From Eledone cirrhosa (taxonomy: Eukaryota), in assembly GCA_964016885.1 (NCBI GenBank), contig OZ024743.1, forward strand, positions 221,464,001-221,528,000: a stretch of DNA of 64,000 nucleotides. Reading direction: 5' to 3'. Within the stretch, counting starts at the first letter, position 1, and every line of letters begins with the position of its first letter. The notes under the pieces were generated by a model. It was not told where the DNA came from. It made no database searches and saw nothing but the letters and a program-made list of their open reading frames with translations. The position numbers were made by a program, and so were the translations under genes. Shown here in pieces: positions 40,944 to 55,085 of this stretch.

Positions 40944-43737
40944 CTAAAGGAATAAGGGTGGGGAGTTCAGGCCGGGGGGGGGGTCTGTAAGATGAAGATA
41001 GTACGTTGTTCGACCGTGAGGCGATGGGCGGGTGTTCCGTGGCACTGGAGTAGGCCACAGACTGTGAGATGGTGTGCGGAGTGTCCAGGGCCACCAAAGT
41101 GGCGGGCGATGGGGGAACTGCCCCCGAGACGAATGTCCCGGAGGTGCTCCGTGACGCGGTCCGCCAGGCGGCGTCCCGTCTGTCCGATATAAGTCGCGCT
41201 GCACCTCGTGCAACGAAGTCCGTAGACTAGGTTGGAGGAGGTGCAGCGGAAGGCATGCCGGACCGAGAGAGGGTAGCCGTTGGGACCCTGGAAGGTGGTG
41301 GTGTTGGTGATGTGGGGACAGGTGTTGCAGCGGGGCCTAGAACAGGGGAAGGAACCGGGGGGGGGGGAAACGGAGCGTGGGTTGGGGGGTAGGGAGCTGT
41401 GGACGAGGAGGGTGCGGAGATTGCGTGCGCGTATGAAGGAGGGGAGTGGTGGGGTTGGGAAGATGTGGGAGGTGGAGGGGTCGGACTGGAGGTGTCGGAA
41501 GAGGCGGCGGATGGTGCGGTGGAGGGGTAAGGTGGAGGGGTGGTAGGTGATGGGGAAGGGGAGACGGTGGGTGGGTGTGCGGTGGCGTGGGGTGAGGGTG
41601 GTAGAGCGGGGGATAGCACGGGCGCGGGTGAGAGCGGTGTGGACGAGAGAGGGGGGGTAACCTCTGCGGATGAAATGGCTGACTAGGGAAAGGGCCTGGG
41701 ACTCAAAGTCAGCATCACGGCTACAGAGGCGTGGATCCTGAGAAGTTGGGAGTAGGGAATAGAGTGTTTAGTGTGGGTGGGGTGGGAAGAGGTGAAGTCG
41801 AGGTAAGAGTGGGAGTCGGTGGGTTTGAAGAAGGCGGAGGTGACGAGGGAGTGGTGGGAGGGGTCGAAGGCGACGGAGATGTCCAAGAAGTGGACGTGGG
41901 TGGTGGAGATAGAGGTGGTGAAGTGGAGGGAGGGGTGGAAGGAGCAGAAGAAGGAGAGAAAGGAGTCGAGCTGTACTCGGGTGAGGGTCGTGGCTCCGAT
42001 ACAGTCGTCAATGTAACGACCGTACAGTTCGGGCGTGGGGCCGGTGTACTGGGCAAAGATTTGGGCCTCAACATGGCCAACAAAAAGGTTGGCATAGTTC
42101 GGGCCCATTCTTGTGCCCAAGGCTACCCCCGTGACCTGTTGGTAAAACTCACCCGAGAAGGAGAAACAATTTAGGGTGAGGACCAGCTCGGCGAGGCGAA
42201 GGAGGGTGGGGGTGGAGGGAATGGGGGAGGGGCGAAGGTCGAGGTAGTGTTTGAGGGCGCGAAGGCCGTCGGCGTGGGGGATGACGGTATAGAGGGACTT
42301 GATGTCTAGGGTGAAGAGGAATGGCTGAGGGCCGGGTAGGTAGGTGAAGGAGTCGAAAAGGCGCAGGGCGTGGTTGGTGTCAGAGATGTGGGAGGGGAGG
42401 GTGGTGACAAGGGGGTCGAGGAGGGAGTCGAGAAAGGCGGAGATGAGAAAGGCAGTTGCAAGCGGAGACGATGGGACGGCCGGGGTTGTCGGGTTTGTGG
42501 AGTTTGGGGAGGAAGTAGATGGTGGGGGTGCGGGGTGTGCGGACGATGAGGTGGGAAGCGGTGGGGGGGAGGAGGGAGGAGGCGATAAGGTCTTTGATGG
42601 TGGAGGAGACTTGTTGTTGGTAGAGGGGGGTGGGATCGGAGGGTAGAGGGCGGTAAAAGAGGGGGTTACAGAGCTGCCTGAGGGCTTCGGCCTTGTAGAG
42701 GTCCGCGCGCCATACCACCACGGCGCCTCCCTTGTCCGCCGGTTTGATGACGATGTCATCTCGGCTACGGAGGGAGCGGAGAGCGAGGAGTTCGCCCCGT
42801 GAGATGTTGTGCCGTTTGGAACGGTGGCGGAAGTCGAAACGATTTACTGCGCTACGGCTGGCATCGACGAAGGCGTCCAGGGTGCTAAATTGCCCTGGGG
42901 CCGGCGTCCAAGAAGATGGTCGTCGGCCCAGGGCGAGAAACGGGTCTGGGGCGTCCGGAGCCGGTGGCGTTTGACCGAAATGTGCCTGTAGCTTAGTGCG
43001 TCGCACGAATCGCTCGACTTCCGTTCGGGTGCGGAACTCGTCGCTGAGCGGAGTGTGGGGTATGAAGCGAAGGCCTCTACTAAGGAGTGAGCGCTCAGGT
43101 GCGGAGAGGGGGAGGTCAGGGGGTATGGTGACAACAAGGGGTGGGGTTTGGGTGTTAGGGGAGGGAAGGGAGGGTGTGGTGAGGGGGTGGAGATTGGGTG
43201 GGGGTGGCGGTCGGGGGAGAGGTGGGGAGTGGTGGGCGTATGGGGATGGGCGGGTGGTGGTGGATGGGGGGGGGGGGGGAGTGAGTGTAGCTTGCGGGCT
43301 TTGGTGGAGCTGAGGAACGAGAAGAGGTTGTGGTTGAGGTTGTGGATGAAGGAGAGGATGGCTTGGGCGAGGAGGGGGTGGCAGGTGGAGTAAAGGCGGA
43401 GGAGGGTGGGGGTCAGTTGGTGGTCAAGTAGGCGGAGGGTGGAACGGGAGGCGCGGATGGAGTTGCGCATCAGAAGGCGTGAGGATCGGGTGAGGATACG
43501 TTGCGCGGAGGGGGAGGCAGCGGGGGAGGGGTGGAAGTGTAGACGGAAGCCAAGGGGGATAAGGTGGAGGCGGAGGCAGTGGCTGAGGAAATGGATGTGA
43601 CTGGAGTGCCGGGTTTTGGCGAAGAGAAGGTAGGAGAGTTGAAGGGCGGAGGGGAGATAGCAGGGTGGAAGGAGGGGGGTGAGGAAAAGTTTGAGGCGAT
43701 TGTGGAGTTGGTGGAGAAAGGATCTCAGGTTGGCCAT
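40944..43737 (-). pseudogene. PLE RT-GIY-YIG ORF with several frameshifts
   Basis: IVIKPADKGGAVVVW, YFLPKLHKPDNPGRPIVS, FTLDIKSLYTVIP, GVALGTRMGPNYANLF, YGRYIDD, KPTDSHSYLDFTSSHP, VYGLRCTRCSATYIGQTGRRLADRVTEH, GLN. Confidence 0.92.
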
Positions 43738-43895
43738 GATGGGCGTTGGGTGAAAGCAGGGGGGGGGGAAGAGAGGGCGGGGTGGAGTGAACGAAGGGGT
43801 AAGTGCGAAGGATAGGCAGAGACGGGGATGGGAAAAGGAACCAGAAAAACGTAGGGAGGGGGGGAGTAAACACCGGAAAATTAAAGACAAAAAAT

Positions 43896-44182
43896 CATAA
43901 AGGTAATAACACAGGCGATCGTGAACAAAAAATCATAGAAATATCATAAAGGTAATGACACAGGCGATCGTGAACAAAAATTCATAGAAATATCATAAAG
44001 GTAATGACACAGGCGATCGTGAACAAAAATTCATAGAAATATCATAAAGGTAATGACACAGGCGATCGTGAACAAAAATTCATAGAAATATCATAAAGGT
44101 AATGACACAGGCGATCGTGAACAAAAATTCATAGAAATATCATAAAGGTAATGACACAGGCGATCGTGAACAAAAAATCATG
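43896..44182. repeat. 49-bp tandem repeat, ~6 copies, in PLE 5' region
   Basis: CATAAAGGTAATGACACAGGCGATCGTGAACAAAAATTCATAGAAATAT starts at 43896, 43945, 43994, 44043, 44092 and 44141. Confidence 0.95.
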
Positions 44183-44408
44183 GAATACAATTGTAGGAAC
44201 ACAGGCAAAGAATCATATACAGAAAAAAAAGGGGTACGGTAACAAAATCAAACAGAGGTAATGCGTAGAAGGAAAGACAAAGTGTGGGAAGGTGTGTAAA
44301 GTTCGGAGACAGGTCACAGCGGATTAGATCGGGGTTGAGCCGGTTGTTAAGTTGAGTTCCAAGGATGGAGGCCGTGTGAGCGTGTGTTTTGTAATATATA
44401 TATATATA

Positions 44409-44500
44409 CTAGCTGGGGTACCCAGCTTCGCCAAGGTTAACAAATGAGAAGACCGGCAGAAGAGAAAACATCTGTATTGAATGCATTGTCTTGTTTACAG
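44409..44500 (-). mobile_element. Helitron 3'-end fragment
   Basis: Reverse complement ...CCTTGGCGAAGCTGGGTACCCCAGCTAG followed by T. Confidence 0.5.
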
Positions 44501-44529
44501 TGTGTGTGTAGTGTGTGTGTGTGTGTGTT

Positions 44530-44565
<36 letters not shown>

Positions 44566-44566
<1 letters not shown>

Positions 44567-44929
44567 GATATTAACAAATGGAAACTATATTTATAAAACC
44601 ATATTTATTTTATTATACATATTTCAAGGATACCAAGTTAAATTATGGTATGCCTTCATCAGACAAAATACAATAAAAGTAACGGTTGCATTTTGAAAGG
44701 GTACGTCAATGTTTATTTATAAAACTGGTATATATTGTATTTTGTCTGATGAAGGCATACCATAATTTAACTTGGTATCCTTGAAATATGTATAATGAAA
44801 TAAATATGGTTTTATAAATATAGTTTCCATTTGTTAATATCGTATATCTACTCCAAATACTTGTCGAGTGCTTTATATCAGTTATAAAAATATTTGCTTG
44901 TTGTATCCCAACAATTTAAATAGAACTTT

Positions 44930-44932
<3 letters not shown>
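44566..44932. mobile_element. F1-family foldback element with two oppositely oriented hammerheads (44606-44670 minus; 44738-44802 plus)
   Basis: 44566-44675 is inverted at 44733-44842; extension to 44932; TA flanks. Confidence 0.88.
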
Positions 44933-45027
<95 letters not shown>

Positions 45028-45111
45028 CGCGTGTGTGTATATATATGTGTGTGTGTGTATATATATGTGTGTGTGTGCCTGTGCGAGTATTCGTGTGTGT
45101 GTGCGTGTGTG

Positions 45112-45385
45112 TGTAATCCACCGTTGGAATCGGAGACATGGGCCGCGAAACACGATCGTCACTGACAACGAACTCGCAGAGAGAAACCCTTATGGTTGAT
45201 TCCCAGCCTGCTATAAATAGCAGTCAGGTTGGTTATCATACGTGGTATGTCTTCTTCTTTGGTGTTATAAAATTAGTATCAATAAACTTTCCTGGATATA
45301 CTCTTATCCCAATCCTGTACATACTTTCCGATTGTCACTTTTCGTTTTTTTTCGTGTGATACGCGAAGGAACCAACCAACAAACA
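45112..45385 (+). mobile_element. possible solo LTR
   Basis: TGTAATCC...CA ends, TATAAATA at 45212, AATAAA at 45281; no TSD found. Confidence 0.3.
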
Positions 45386-45974
45386 TCTCTCTTTTTATAT
45401 CTCATTTATTTGTTCATTCAAATATTTTTCAGCTAAGTCTGTCGTACAACATATATCAGCAATCGTTATCTAATGTTTAAAACATATGAATAGCTGCGAT
45501 ATGTGCACCATATCAATCAAAAACTATATGAGAATTGAATACCATACGAAAGCGCCAGTAAGCTTGCTAAGAACCTGCAGATAGAAATGTTAATAAATAC
45601 AACATTTGGCTTGAGTAAACTTTAAGATGTTCTTTCATTGTACGTTTCCTTTCTCCTTCTCTCCTTCCTCTCCTCTTCCTTAGCTCACCCTAGAGCATCC
45701 TACATACAATTGACCATGGTTTTCCCAGGTGAAGGCCAGCCACACTTTTAGGGTTTGACCCTGAGCTTTGTTGATGGTAATCGCGAAGCTTAGTCTCTAT
45801 ATAGCTCTAGTAACATTTATTCTTCTGGAAAATCAGATCTTGCGGCCAAAATCTGATCTTTTGGGTGGCATATCGACAGTAACAATGACGATAAGCCGTC
45901 TGTGCTTTCGTGAAATAAATACGTTTGTTTATATTTTGTTTTTGTGTATGCAAAAATATCTGTACACGAATATA

Positions 45975-46542
<568 letters not shown>

Positions 46543-46588
46543 AATGTATATTTATATATATGTATATGTATATTTATATATATATATA

Positions 46589-46641
<53 letters not shown>

Positions 46642-46959
46642 CTGTTATATATATATATGACTGTGACTATGAGGATGTATGTATAAATGTATATACACTG
46701 TATATATGAAAAGAAAAAAAAATATTTATATACTTTTGAGACGATCCTTGTATACTTGTGAATTTGGACATATTTAAACCAAAGAAAGACGTAATCTCTG
46801 CTAGGAGGTGCCGCTCTATGTGGGTCATATATGATTCAGATCTGATGGTTCATTTACTGAAACACTTACATTTGTTCATCTGCTGCTCTGAGCAGTGTCT
46901 ATCGATTGTTCTCTGTCATATAAAAATGGGCCAAAACGTTACCTAGACCATTTAAAAAA

Positions 46960-47120
46960 TAATAATTTCTACTATAGGCACACTGCCAGCAAATGTTTTG
47001 GGGAGGAGAATGTCAACAATTAAATCGAACCCAGTGCATTACTGGTGCTTCATTTTATCGACGCTGTAAGAATGAAAGGCAAAGCTAAGCTCGACGGGAT
47101 TTGAACTCAGAACGGAAAGA
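46960..47120 (-). mobile_element. SINE family 1
   Basis: TTTTATCGACGCTGTAAGAATGAAAGGCAAAG...GGGATTTGAACTCAGAAC. Confidence 0.75.
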
Positions 47121-47129
47121 AAGAGAAAT

Positions 47130-47438
47130 GCATTTCTCTCTCTCCGATATTTCTCCACGTTTTTTCTTTCTCTCTCTCCGTCTTTTTCTTTCTCTCCGTC
47201 TTTTTCTAATTGTCCTTAACACTATGACTTATTAAAATAATATAAACAACTCACTATCCAGATGGCTTCCAAAACTAATGGCTGCATTTTAAAAGGGTAC
47301 GTCAAAGTTTATTTGTAAAACTGTTATATATTGTATTTTGTCTGATGAAGGAATACCATAATTTAATTTGGTATCCCTGAAATATGTATAATGAAATAAA
47401 TATGGTTTTATAAATATAGTTTCCATTTATTAATATCG
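47130..47438 (+). mobile_element. F1-family element with hammerhead (47334-47398)
   Basis: Reverse-complement homolog of 14288-14580; ends TAATATCG(TA)n. Confidence 0.8.
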
Positions 47439-47469
<31 letters not shown>

Positions 47470-47474
47470 TAATG

Positions 47475-47511
<37 letters not shown>

Positions 47512-47562
47512 ATATATATATGTATATATGAAAATTGCAAACTTGACTGTCACCACACATTA

Positions 47563-47601
47563 TGAACCTGAAGATTGCGAAAGCATGAAAGTACTTGTTC
47601 A
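47563..47601 (+). ncRNA. compact minimal type I hammerhead ribozyme (39 nt)
   Basis: TGAAC-CTGAAGA-TTGC GAAA GCAT-GAAAG-TA-CTT-GTTCA. Confidence 0.85.
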
Positions 47602-47769
47602 ATTAACACTTAACATTTAATATTCTATCATACTATTTCATTATAATACCATTATAAATTTTAAAGGATTGTAAATAAAACCAGTAAATCAGACAAAGTT
47701 GGAATTCCTCTTATTAATATAATCTTCTATACACAATCATACACACCCGTGTATATTTATCTGTCTATC

Positions 47770-48831
<1,062 letters not shown>

Positions 48832-49219
48832 ACTTTCACTCACTCACTGTTTTTCTCCCTCTTCTCTTCATTTCATCCTGCACTCACGGACGCTATTTTT
48901 TCTCTCTCTGCTCAATGGCCTTCGTTCGTGCTGGCACTATTCTTTCTCTAAGCGCTCATATATTCACCTAGCTTACGCTAACAGAATAATTTTTGAAGCT
49001 TGTTTCTCTCCCACGGTGTGCTATATTTTCTGTTGTTCTCCTGTTTCACTCGCTTTACGCGTTTTAATTGTCCTAATAACTTATTTTGGTTATTATTGCA
49101 CCGAAGTGAGATATATGATTTTTAATGCAATGAAATATCTATGATCTTCGGCAAATCACTGATGAGGGACGTATTTTATTACATGTTACCATGTGCTACC
49201 TGCAGTATTTTTCTCTATA

Positions 49220-49256
<37 letters not shown>

Positions 49257-49258
<2 letters not shown>

Positions 49259-49635
49259 AAGGCATGTGTTGAGTTAGAAACTCAAAATTGTCTCTTACAA
49301 TAAATTACCTCTAGGAAAGAGATTTTTCCGACCCGTATAATATAACTGAAAAAATAAGAAAAACGAACACAGACATATACATATATGTGTTCAAATCGTA
49401 AGGGACCAGATTCGCTAAGGTCTAAAGTCTGCTAGACTCAATTTAAGAATAAAGCAAGAAAAATAAATACAAACCAGAATTGTAGTAACTACCAATCACC
49501 CGGACAGTTTGCATAATACTGTTTCGCAATATTAATTGTGAAGAGGAATACCAAAACTCTAGCTCATCTGCTCCCTTACGATTTGAACACATATATGTAT
49601 ATGCCTGTGTTCGTTTTCTTTTTTTATTCAGTTAT
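49257..49635. mobile_element. family S foldback element in (TA)n
   Basis: 49341-49405 is inverted at 49573-49637; homolog of 38360-39437. Confidence 0.7.
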
Positions 49636-50736
49636 ATATATATATATAAGTGGAAGGGATATTTAATTTGTTGGAAATTCAACATATATAAATGTTTATA
49701 ACTGATTCAGAGCATTCGACAGTTTTCTGAAGTAAATATTCAATGATATTAAATAAATGGAAATTATATTTATAAAACCATATTTATTCTATTATATATA
49801 TTTCAAGGGTATCAAAAACTTTGGTACGCTTTCATCAGATAAAATACAAAGAGTGTTTTATAAATTTTGAAATAGCCAAGGAAACATACCTTATCAGTTG
49901 AATTTGCCTTGGGTAGTGAGATTAAATTAAAGAACGGATTTTTCAAAGTTATGGATGAGTATGCAAATGAATATGTAAATAAGGTTGAGTTATATGATTG
50001 AAAAGCCGTTATTTTAAACGCTATGGAAAGTTTAGATATATTACTAAGTGAGAAAGAAAGAAAAAAGAAAAAAGGAAATAAGAAAAAGAGAAAAGAAGAA
50101 GAAGGAAAAGGAAAAAGAAGACCACTTATATTCGTTAATTTGGGGGAAATAAATTTGAATATTTACCTATATTATGTATATATTTATATGGAAAATTATG
50201 TTTGTAAGTATTTATCTTATAATATTGTAGTGGGTTAAATATATAAATGTCTATATATATTTTAATAATAGCATATGTATTTTTATTAAAAAGATAATTT
50301 GCAATTTTTAGTTGTTTATAATATGAGTTAGGAGGGACGTTGATTTTGTAATTTATATAAATAAATAGGTAGTTAGAATTATGAATTTATATATTTGGAT
50401 AACTTGTTCGGCTTTGAGAATGTTTTAAATTAACGGAGTTAGGTATAATAAGTTTATATGATTGAGAAAGGAAAGATAACTCCAATTTTATTTGTTAATC
50501 GATAAATCTTTTAAGAATTAGTATGAGATTAATTAATTATTTAGTCGAAAGAAATATGGATGTTTAAACATCGTCTTGAATAGGATACATTTTCCTAAAA
50601 TCAGTTAATGGTTATTAATCTACGTTTAAGAAAATAGCTTTAGAGGGTGTCATTGGAAAAATATAGAATTAAAAAATTAAACAATTAAAATTAAAATTAT
50701 ATGGATATACATAAATATATATAAATAGCTATACAC

Positions 50737-50784
<48 letters not shown>

Positions 50785-50792
<8 letters not shown>

Positions 50793-51554
50793 AAACTTGA
50801 GGAGGGTCAAATTTGTTTAATAATATTGCCAGAATTAATAACAGAACACACTCACTGTTTGGTTGGTTTTCGCTTCTGTGTCTTTTATATCGGTTAATTT
50901 AATTTATTCGGTCCTCAATGTTACTATTGACTGACCAACGGTAAAAATACAAATATAATATAGACACAAACACATATATATAGTCTAACAAAGTTCTTTC
51001 GTTGCACATCTGCAACATCGTCAGTGGTGCTATTATGTTTCCTCCAGTTGTATTGCATGTCTACGCCGTCTATATTTAGTCTGTTTATTTTTGTTTGTCT
51101 TCTCTGCGCATGCGTTTGCGTGTGTGTATAGTGTTTGCGTGTGTGTATAGTGTTTGATGTGTGTTCGTGTGCGCAGAGAAGACAAAAAAAAAAAAATAAA
51201 CAGACTAAATAAAGATGGCGTAGGCATACAATACAACAGGAGGAAACATAATGGCACCACTGACGATGTTGCAGATGTGCAACGGATGAACTTTGTTAGT
51301 CTATATATATGTGTTTGTGTCTATATTGTACCTGTATTTTTTACCGTTGGTCAGTCAATAGTAACATTGAGGACCGAATAAATTAAATTAACCGATATAA
51401 AAGACACAGAAGCGAAAACCAACCAAACAGTGAGTGTGTTCTGTTATTAATTCTGGCAATATTATTACACAAATATGACCCTCCCCAAGTATAACAATAT
51501 TTGTTTCGACACACGATTTCATATCAAAAACCTCGCAAAACTAATTCATCGTTG

Positions 51555-51557
<3 letters not shown>
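50785..51557. mobile_element. non-coding Naiad-related foldback element, ~330-bp arms, hammerhead at 50987-51028 (-)
   Basis: 50785-51113 is inverted at 51168-51500; ACCA-CTGACGA-T-GTTGCA GATG TGCAAC-GAAAG-AA-CTT-TGTT; shares the ATGACCCTCCC..ATAACAATAT terminus with 24130 and 54030. Confidence 0.85.
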
Positions 51558-51607
<50 letters not shown>

Positions 51608-51889
51608 GTTGAGGCAAATAACTATGTGTATACTCTGGTAATGTATCTTACATTGCCCATTGAGTGCGCTGAGATACAACCGGTACTGGCATTGATAAAT
51701 ATGCTGGGTCCGTCAACCCTTATTATTATATATATATATATATATTATAAGAAATTTTTGCTGAAAGATGAAAGTACTACAAATATTAGAGACATTATGA
51801 TTTAGAGATATTAATATATTAAAAATTTAAATTGTTAAAAAAGATAGGATCATTTTGAAGATTTATAGGAATATTATAAATTACACATA

Positions 51890-52200
51890 GTTCTGAATGT
51901 AGAAATTTGGCGATGTCTGCAAGAATTAAATAATTCTGTCCTGAGATTAATAGAATTTTGACAGTTAATTATATAAAAAAAATTCTTCATTATACAGTTT
52001 AAAGAATTTTGATAAAGCCATATTTCGGTACGCAGGTGCGTTTGAAATCGTTTTCCAAGATATTGAATAGTCTATATTCTTGCTTTTTAAGTTCATATAA
52101 GATGTGAAAGAGAAGTAGAAGATTTTTTTATCAGATCATCTGAAAGAATGATTATGGTTATTCCAGCGATCTTTAAATTTTGTAGAAGTGGCACCGACAT
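51890..52200 (-). pseudogene. Neptune-type GIY-YIG endonuclease remnant
   Basis: YVGATSTKFKDRWNNHNHSFR*..STSLSH..LKSKNIDYSISWKTISNAPAY..NEE..INLRTELFNSCRHR. Confidence 0.8.
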
Positions 52201-52565
52201 AGTTAAACATTTTCTTTTTCCTTTTCCTTCTTCTTCTTTTTCCTTTTTCTTTTTCCTTTTATTCTTTTTTCTTTCTTTCTCTCTTACTAACACATCTAAA
52301 CTTTCCATAGCGTTTAAAATAACGGTTTTTCAATTTACATATTCATTTGCATACTCATCCATAACTTTGAAAAATCCGTTCTTTAATTTAATTTCACTAC
52401 CCAAGGAAAATTCAACTGATAAGGTGTTTCCTTGGCTATGTCAAAATTTATAAAACACTCTTTGTATTTTATCTGATGAAAGCGTACCAAAGTTTTTGGT
52501 ACCCTTGAAATATATATAATAGAATAAATATGGTTTTATAAATGTAGTTTCCATTTATTTAATAT

Positions 52566-52620
<55 letters not shown>

Positions 52621-52623
<3 letters not shown>

Positions 52624-54048
52624 CGTTTCTGAATTATCAAGATTCTTTATCTGAAAACGTGTGTTGAAACCGATATTGTTATACTTTGGGAGGGTCATGT
52701 TGCCAATAATAAACACACGCACCAGTTGCTTTCACTTCAATTTATTATGCCAAACCCATGACTTCCAAATATCTGATCCACCGAAACTCATCTGTTTCGG
52801 ACCATACCAAAATCAACATACTGATTGCGGATTTGGTACGGGTGAAGAGAAACGTGTCCCGCATGTGCAACACCAAAGAACTAGAGAGACACATACAACA
52901 CTTCATCCACCGTATGCAGTTCTCTGTTTACAATCAGAGATAAAATCAGAGTATATAGAGGAGCCAGAACCAAATGGGAAAAAATAGTAAATAATGATAC
53001 AAATGGGAAAAAATAGTAAATAATGATACAAATGGGACCTGCTCTTTGTATAGGAGCAAATTTTGGAATAGAATAGAAAGAATTAGGAATAAGGTTAATA
53101 GAGTAAACTCATAGTATGATAGCAATAAATACCAGAGTGTAATGTTCATCGATACAACCCCTAGAGGTGAATTAGCTTACAAATTTAGAAGGGCCCTAGA
53201 TAAACATAAACTCAATATTAAGATAGTAGAAAGACCAGGTACCTCCATAAAAACACTTATTAGCAATACATACCCTTTTCAAAGACCTCCCTGTATAGAT
53301 AAGAAATGTATAATCTGTAAACTAAGCCCCCATATTAACTGTAAAACTAGAAATGTAGTATATAGCTTAAGATGTACTGAAGGACAATGTAGAGATAAGA
53401 ATATAGTGTACATAGGTGAGACAGCTCGTAGTATAGGGGAACAGATAAATGAACACTGGTAAAGAATCATCTGTACTCTACCAACATGCTAAAATAGAAC
53501 ATAAGGGTAAATTAGAGAACATAGAAATAAAAATAGAATCTACACACAGAAAAGACGCAGTGTTTAGACAAATCACAGAGGTAATAAACAAAACTGAACT
53601 CCAACCAAAATTAAATAGAAAACATGAATGGAACAGCAACATCACAACTTACAATTAAGGACAACATGAAAACACACACACACATAGAACAAACAAACAA
53701 CCAGTAACATATAAATAAACAAATAAATAAATAAACAAATATAAACACACACAGACACCCGGATGTAACACATGCGCAAACTAAGCACACAAAACACACA
53801 AAAACAAGATGGCGTAGGACAGAACAAAGGAGAGGCACAAAGACAAAGAAAAGAATCCCCAGTCACTGAAGAGGTCACAGAATGTGTGACAAAAGAACTT
53901 TGACAATATATGAACAATCGTCTGGTTGTGGAACCAACCAACCGGAAATTTATAAATTCCTAAATTTATAAATTTAATTTATAATAAAATGAAGTGAAAG
54001 CAACTGGTGCGTGTTTTTCTTATTGGCAACATGACCCTCCCAAAGCAT

Positions 54049-54055
<7 letters not shown>
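52621..54055 (+). mobile_element. 5'-truncated Naiad-type PLE with inverted 3'-end copy at its 5' side, in (TA)n
   Basis: 52621-52745 is the reverse complement of the pLTR end; hammerhead at 53862-53904 with GAAA mutated to AAAA. Confidence 0.85.
52745..53658 (+). pseudogene. Naiad-type PLE RT thumb, linker and GIY-YIG, disrupted
   Basis: TKINILIADLVRVKRNVS..FIHRMQFSVY, LYRSKFW, VMFIDTTPRGELA, CIDKKCIIC..CKTRNVVYSLRC..YIGETARS..EH, SVLYQHA..RQITE..LNRKHEWN. Confidence 0.85.
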
Positions 54056-54097
<42 letters not shown>

Positions 54098-54219
54098 ATT
54101 CTATTCCATATATATATATATTTATATATATATACATATATATATATATAAATATGTGTGTGTGTGTGTGTGTGTATGTGTGTATGGCATTGATAAATAT
54201 GCTGGGTCCGTCAACTCCT

Positions 54220-54272
<53 letters not shown>

Positions 54273-54411
54273 TATAGAAAAGGCTTATATATATTTGTTG
54301 AGGGGGTGGGGGTGGGGGGTTAAAAAATAACTATAGCACCGCATAATTTATTTATTTATATATATCTTAGTAGAGGTTGTGTTACAGCAGAGGCACGAGG
54401 AGGGTGGGCAG

Positions 54412-54646
54412 AAGAAGAAGAAGAAGAAGAAGAAGAAGAAGAAGAAGAAGAAGAAGAAGAAGAAGAAGAAGAAGAAGAAGAAGAAGAAGAAGAAGAAGAA
54501 GAAGAAGAAGGAGTAGGAGGAGGAGGTGTGTCATGATCTGAAAGAAGAGATGACCTGAATGCAGTGTATGGAAGTCTACCAGGTGTTTACAAGAAAGACT
54601 ACTTTTTCTTACTTATTCTCGTTATCGTTGTTGTTGTTGTTGCGGC

Positions 54647-54680
<34 letters not shown>

Positions 54681-54831
54681 CTTGCTGCTGCTGCTGTTGT
54701 TGTTGTTGTTGTTGTTGCTGCTTTAATTTGCTTAATTTATATATTGGTTTTTAGTTTTTATTTTCATAATTTTTCACTTCTGTTATTTTATTTTATTTTA
54801 TTTATTTTTATGTTGCTGGTGTTATTGCTGC

Positions 54832-54871
<40 letters not shown>

Positions 54872-54997
54872 GCTTCTGTTGTTGTTGTTGTTGTTGTTGT
54901 TATTGCTGCTGTTGCTGTTGTTGTTGCTGTTGTTGCTGTTGTTGTTGTTGTTGTTCTTTGTTGTTGCTGCTGTTGTTGTTGTTGTTTTTTGTTGTTT

Positions 54998-55040
<43 letters not shown>

Positions 55041-55085
55041 CGTTGCGGCTGTTGTTGCTGCTGTTGTTGTTGCTGTTGTTGTTGT
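54412..55085. repeat. (GAA)n and (TTG)n/(CTG)n microsatellites
   Basis: Direct inspection. Confidence 0.92.

Larger units (their letters stand above)
39470..44393 (-). mobile_element. near full-length Poseidon/Penelope-type PLE, C-rich sense strand, in (TA)n
   Basis: RT plus C-terminal GIY-YIG, 3' hammerhead, 5' tandem repeats, TA flanks. Confidence 0.9.
49649..52570 (-). mobile_element. 5'-truncated Neptune-type PLE with inverted pseudo-LTRs (F1-related), carrying nested insertions
   Basis: 49741-50120 is the reverse complement of ~52211-52570; hammerheads at 49785-49846 (-) and 52465-52526 (+); GIY-YIG remnant inside. Confidence 0.85.

Noticed and set aside
43896-44182. CRISPR-like array
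   Set aside because: Units are contiguous with no unique spacers; eukaryotic context with no cas genes.
52745-53900. Selenocysteine recoding as described for some Naiad PLEs
   Set aside because: The in-frame stop seen is TAG at a Trp position, not TGA at Cys, and no SECIS-like hairpin is evident in the 3' region.
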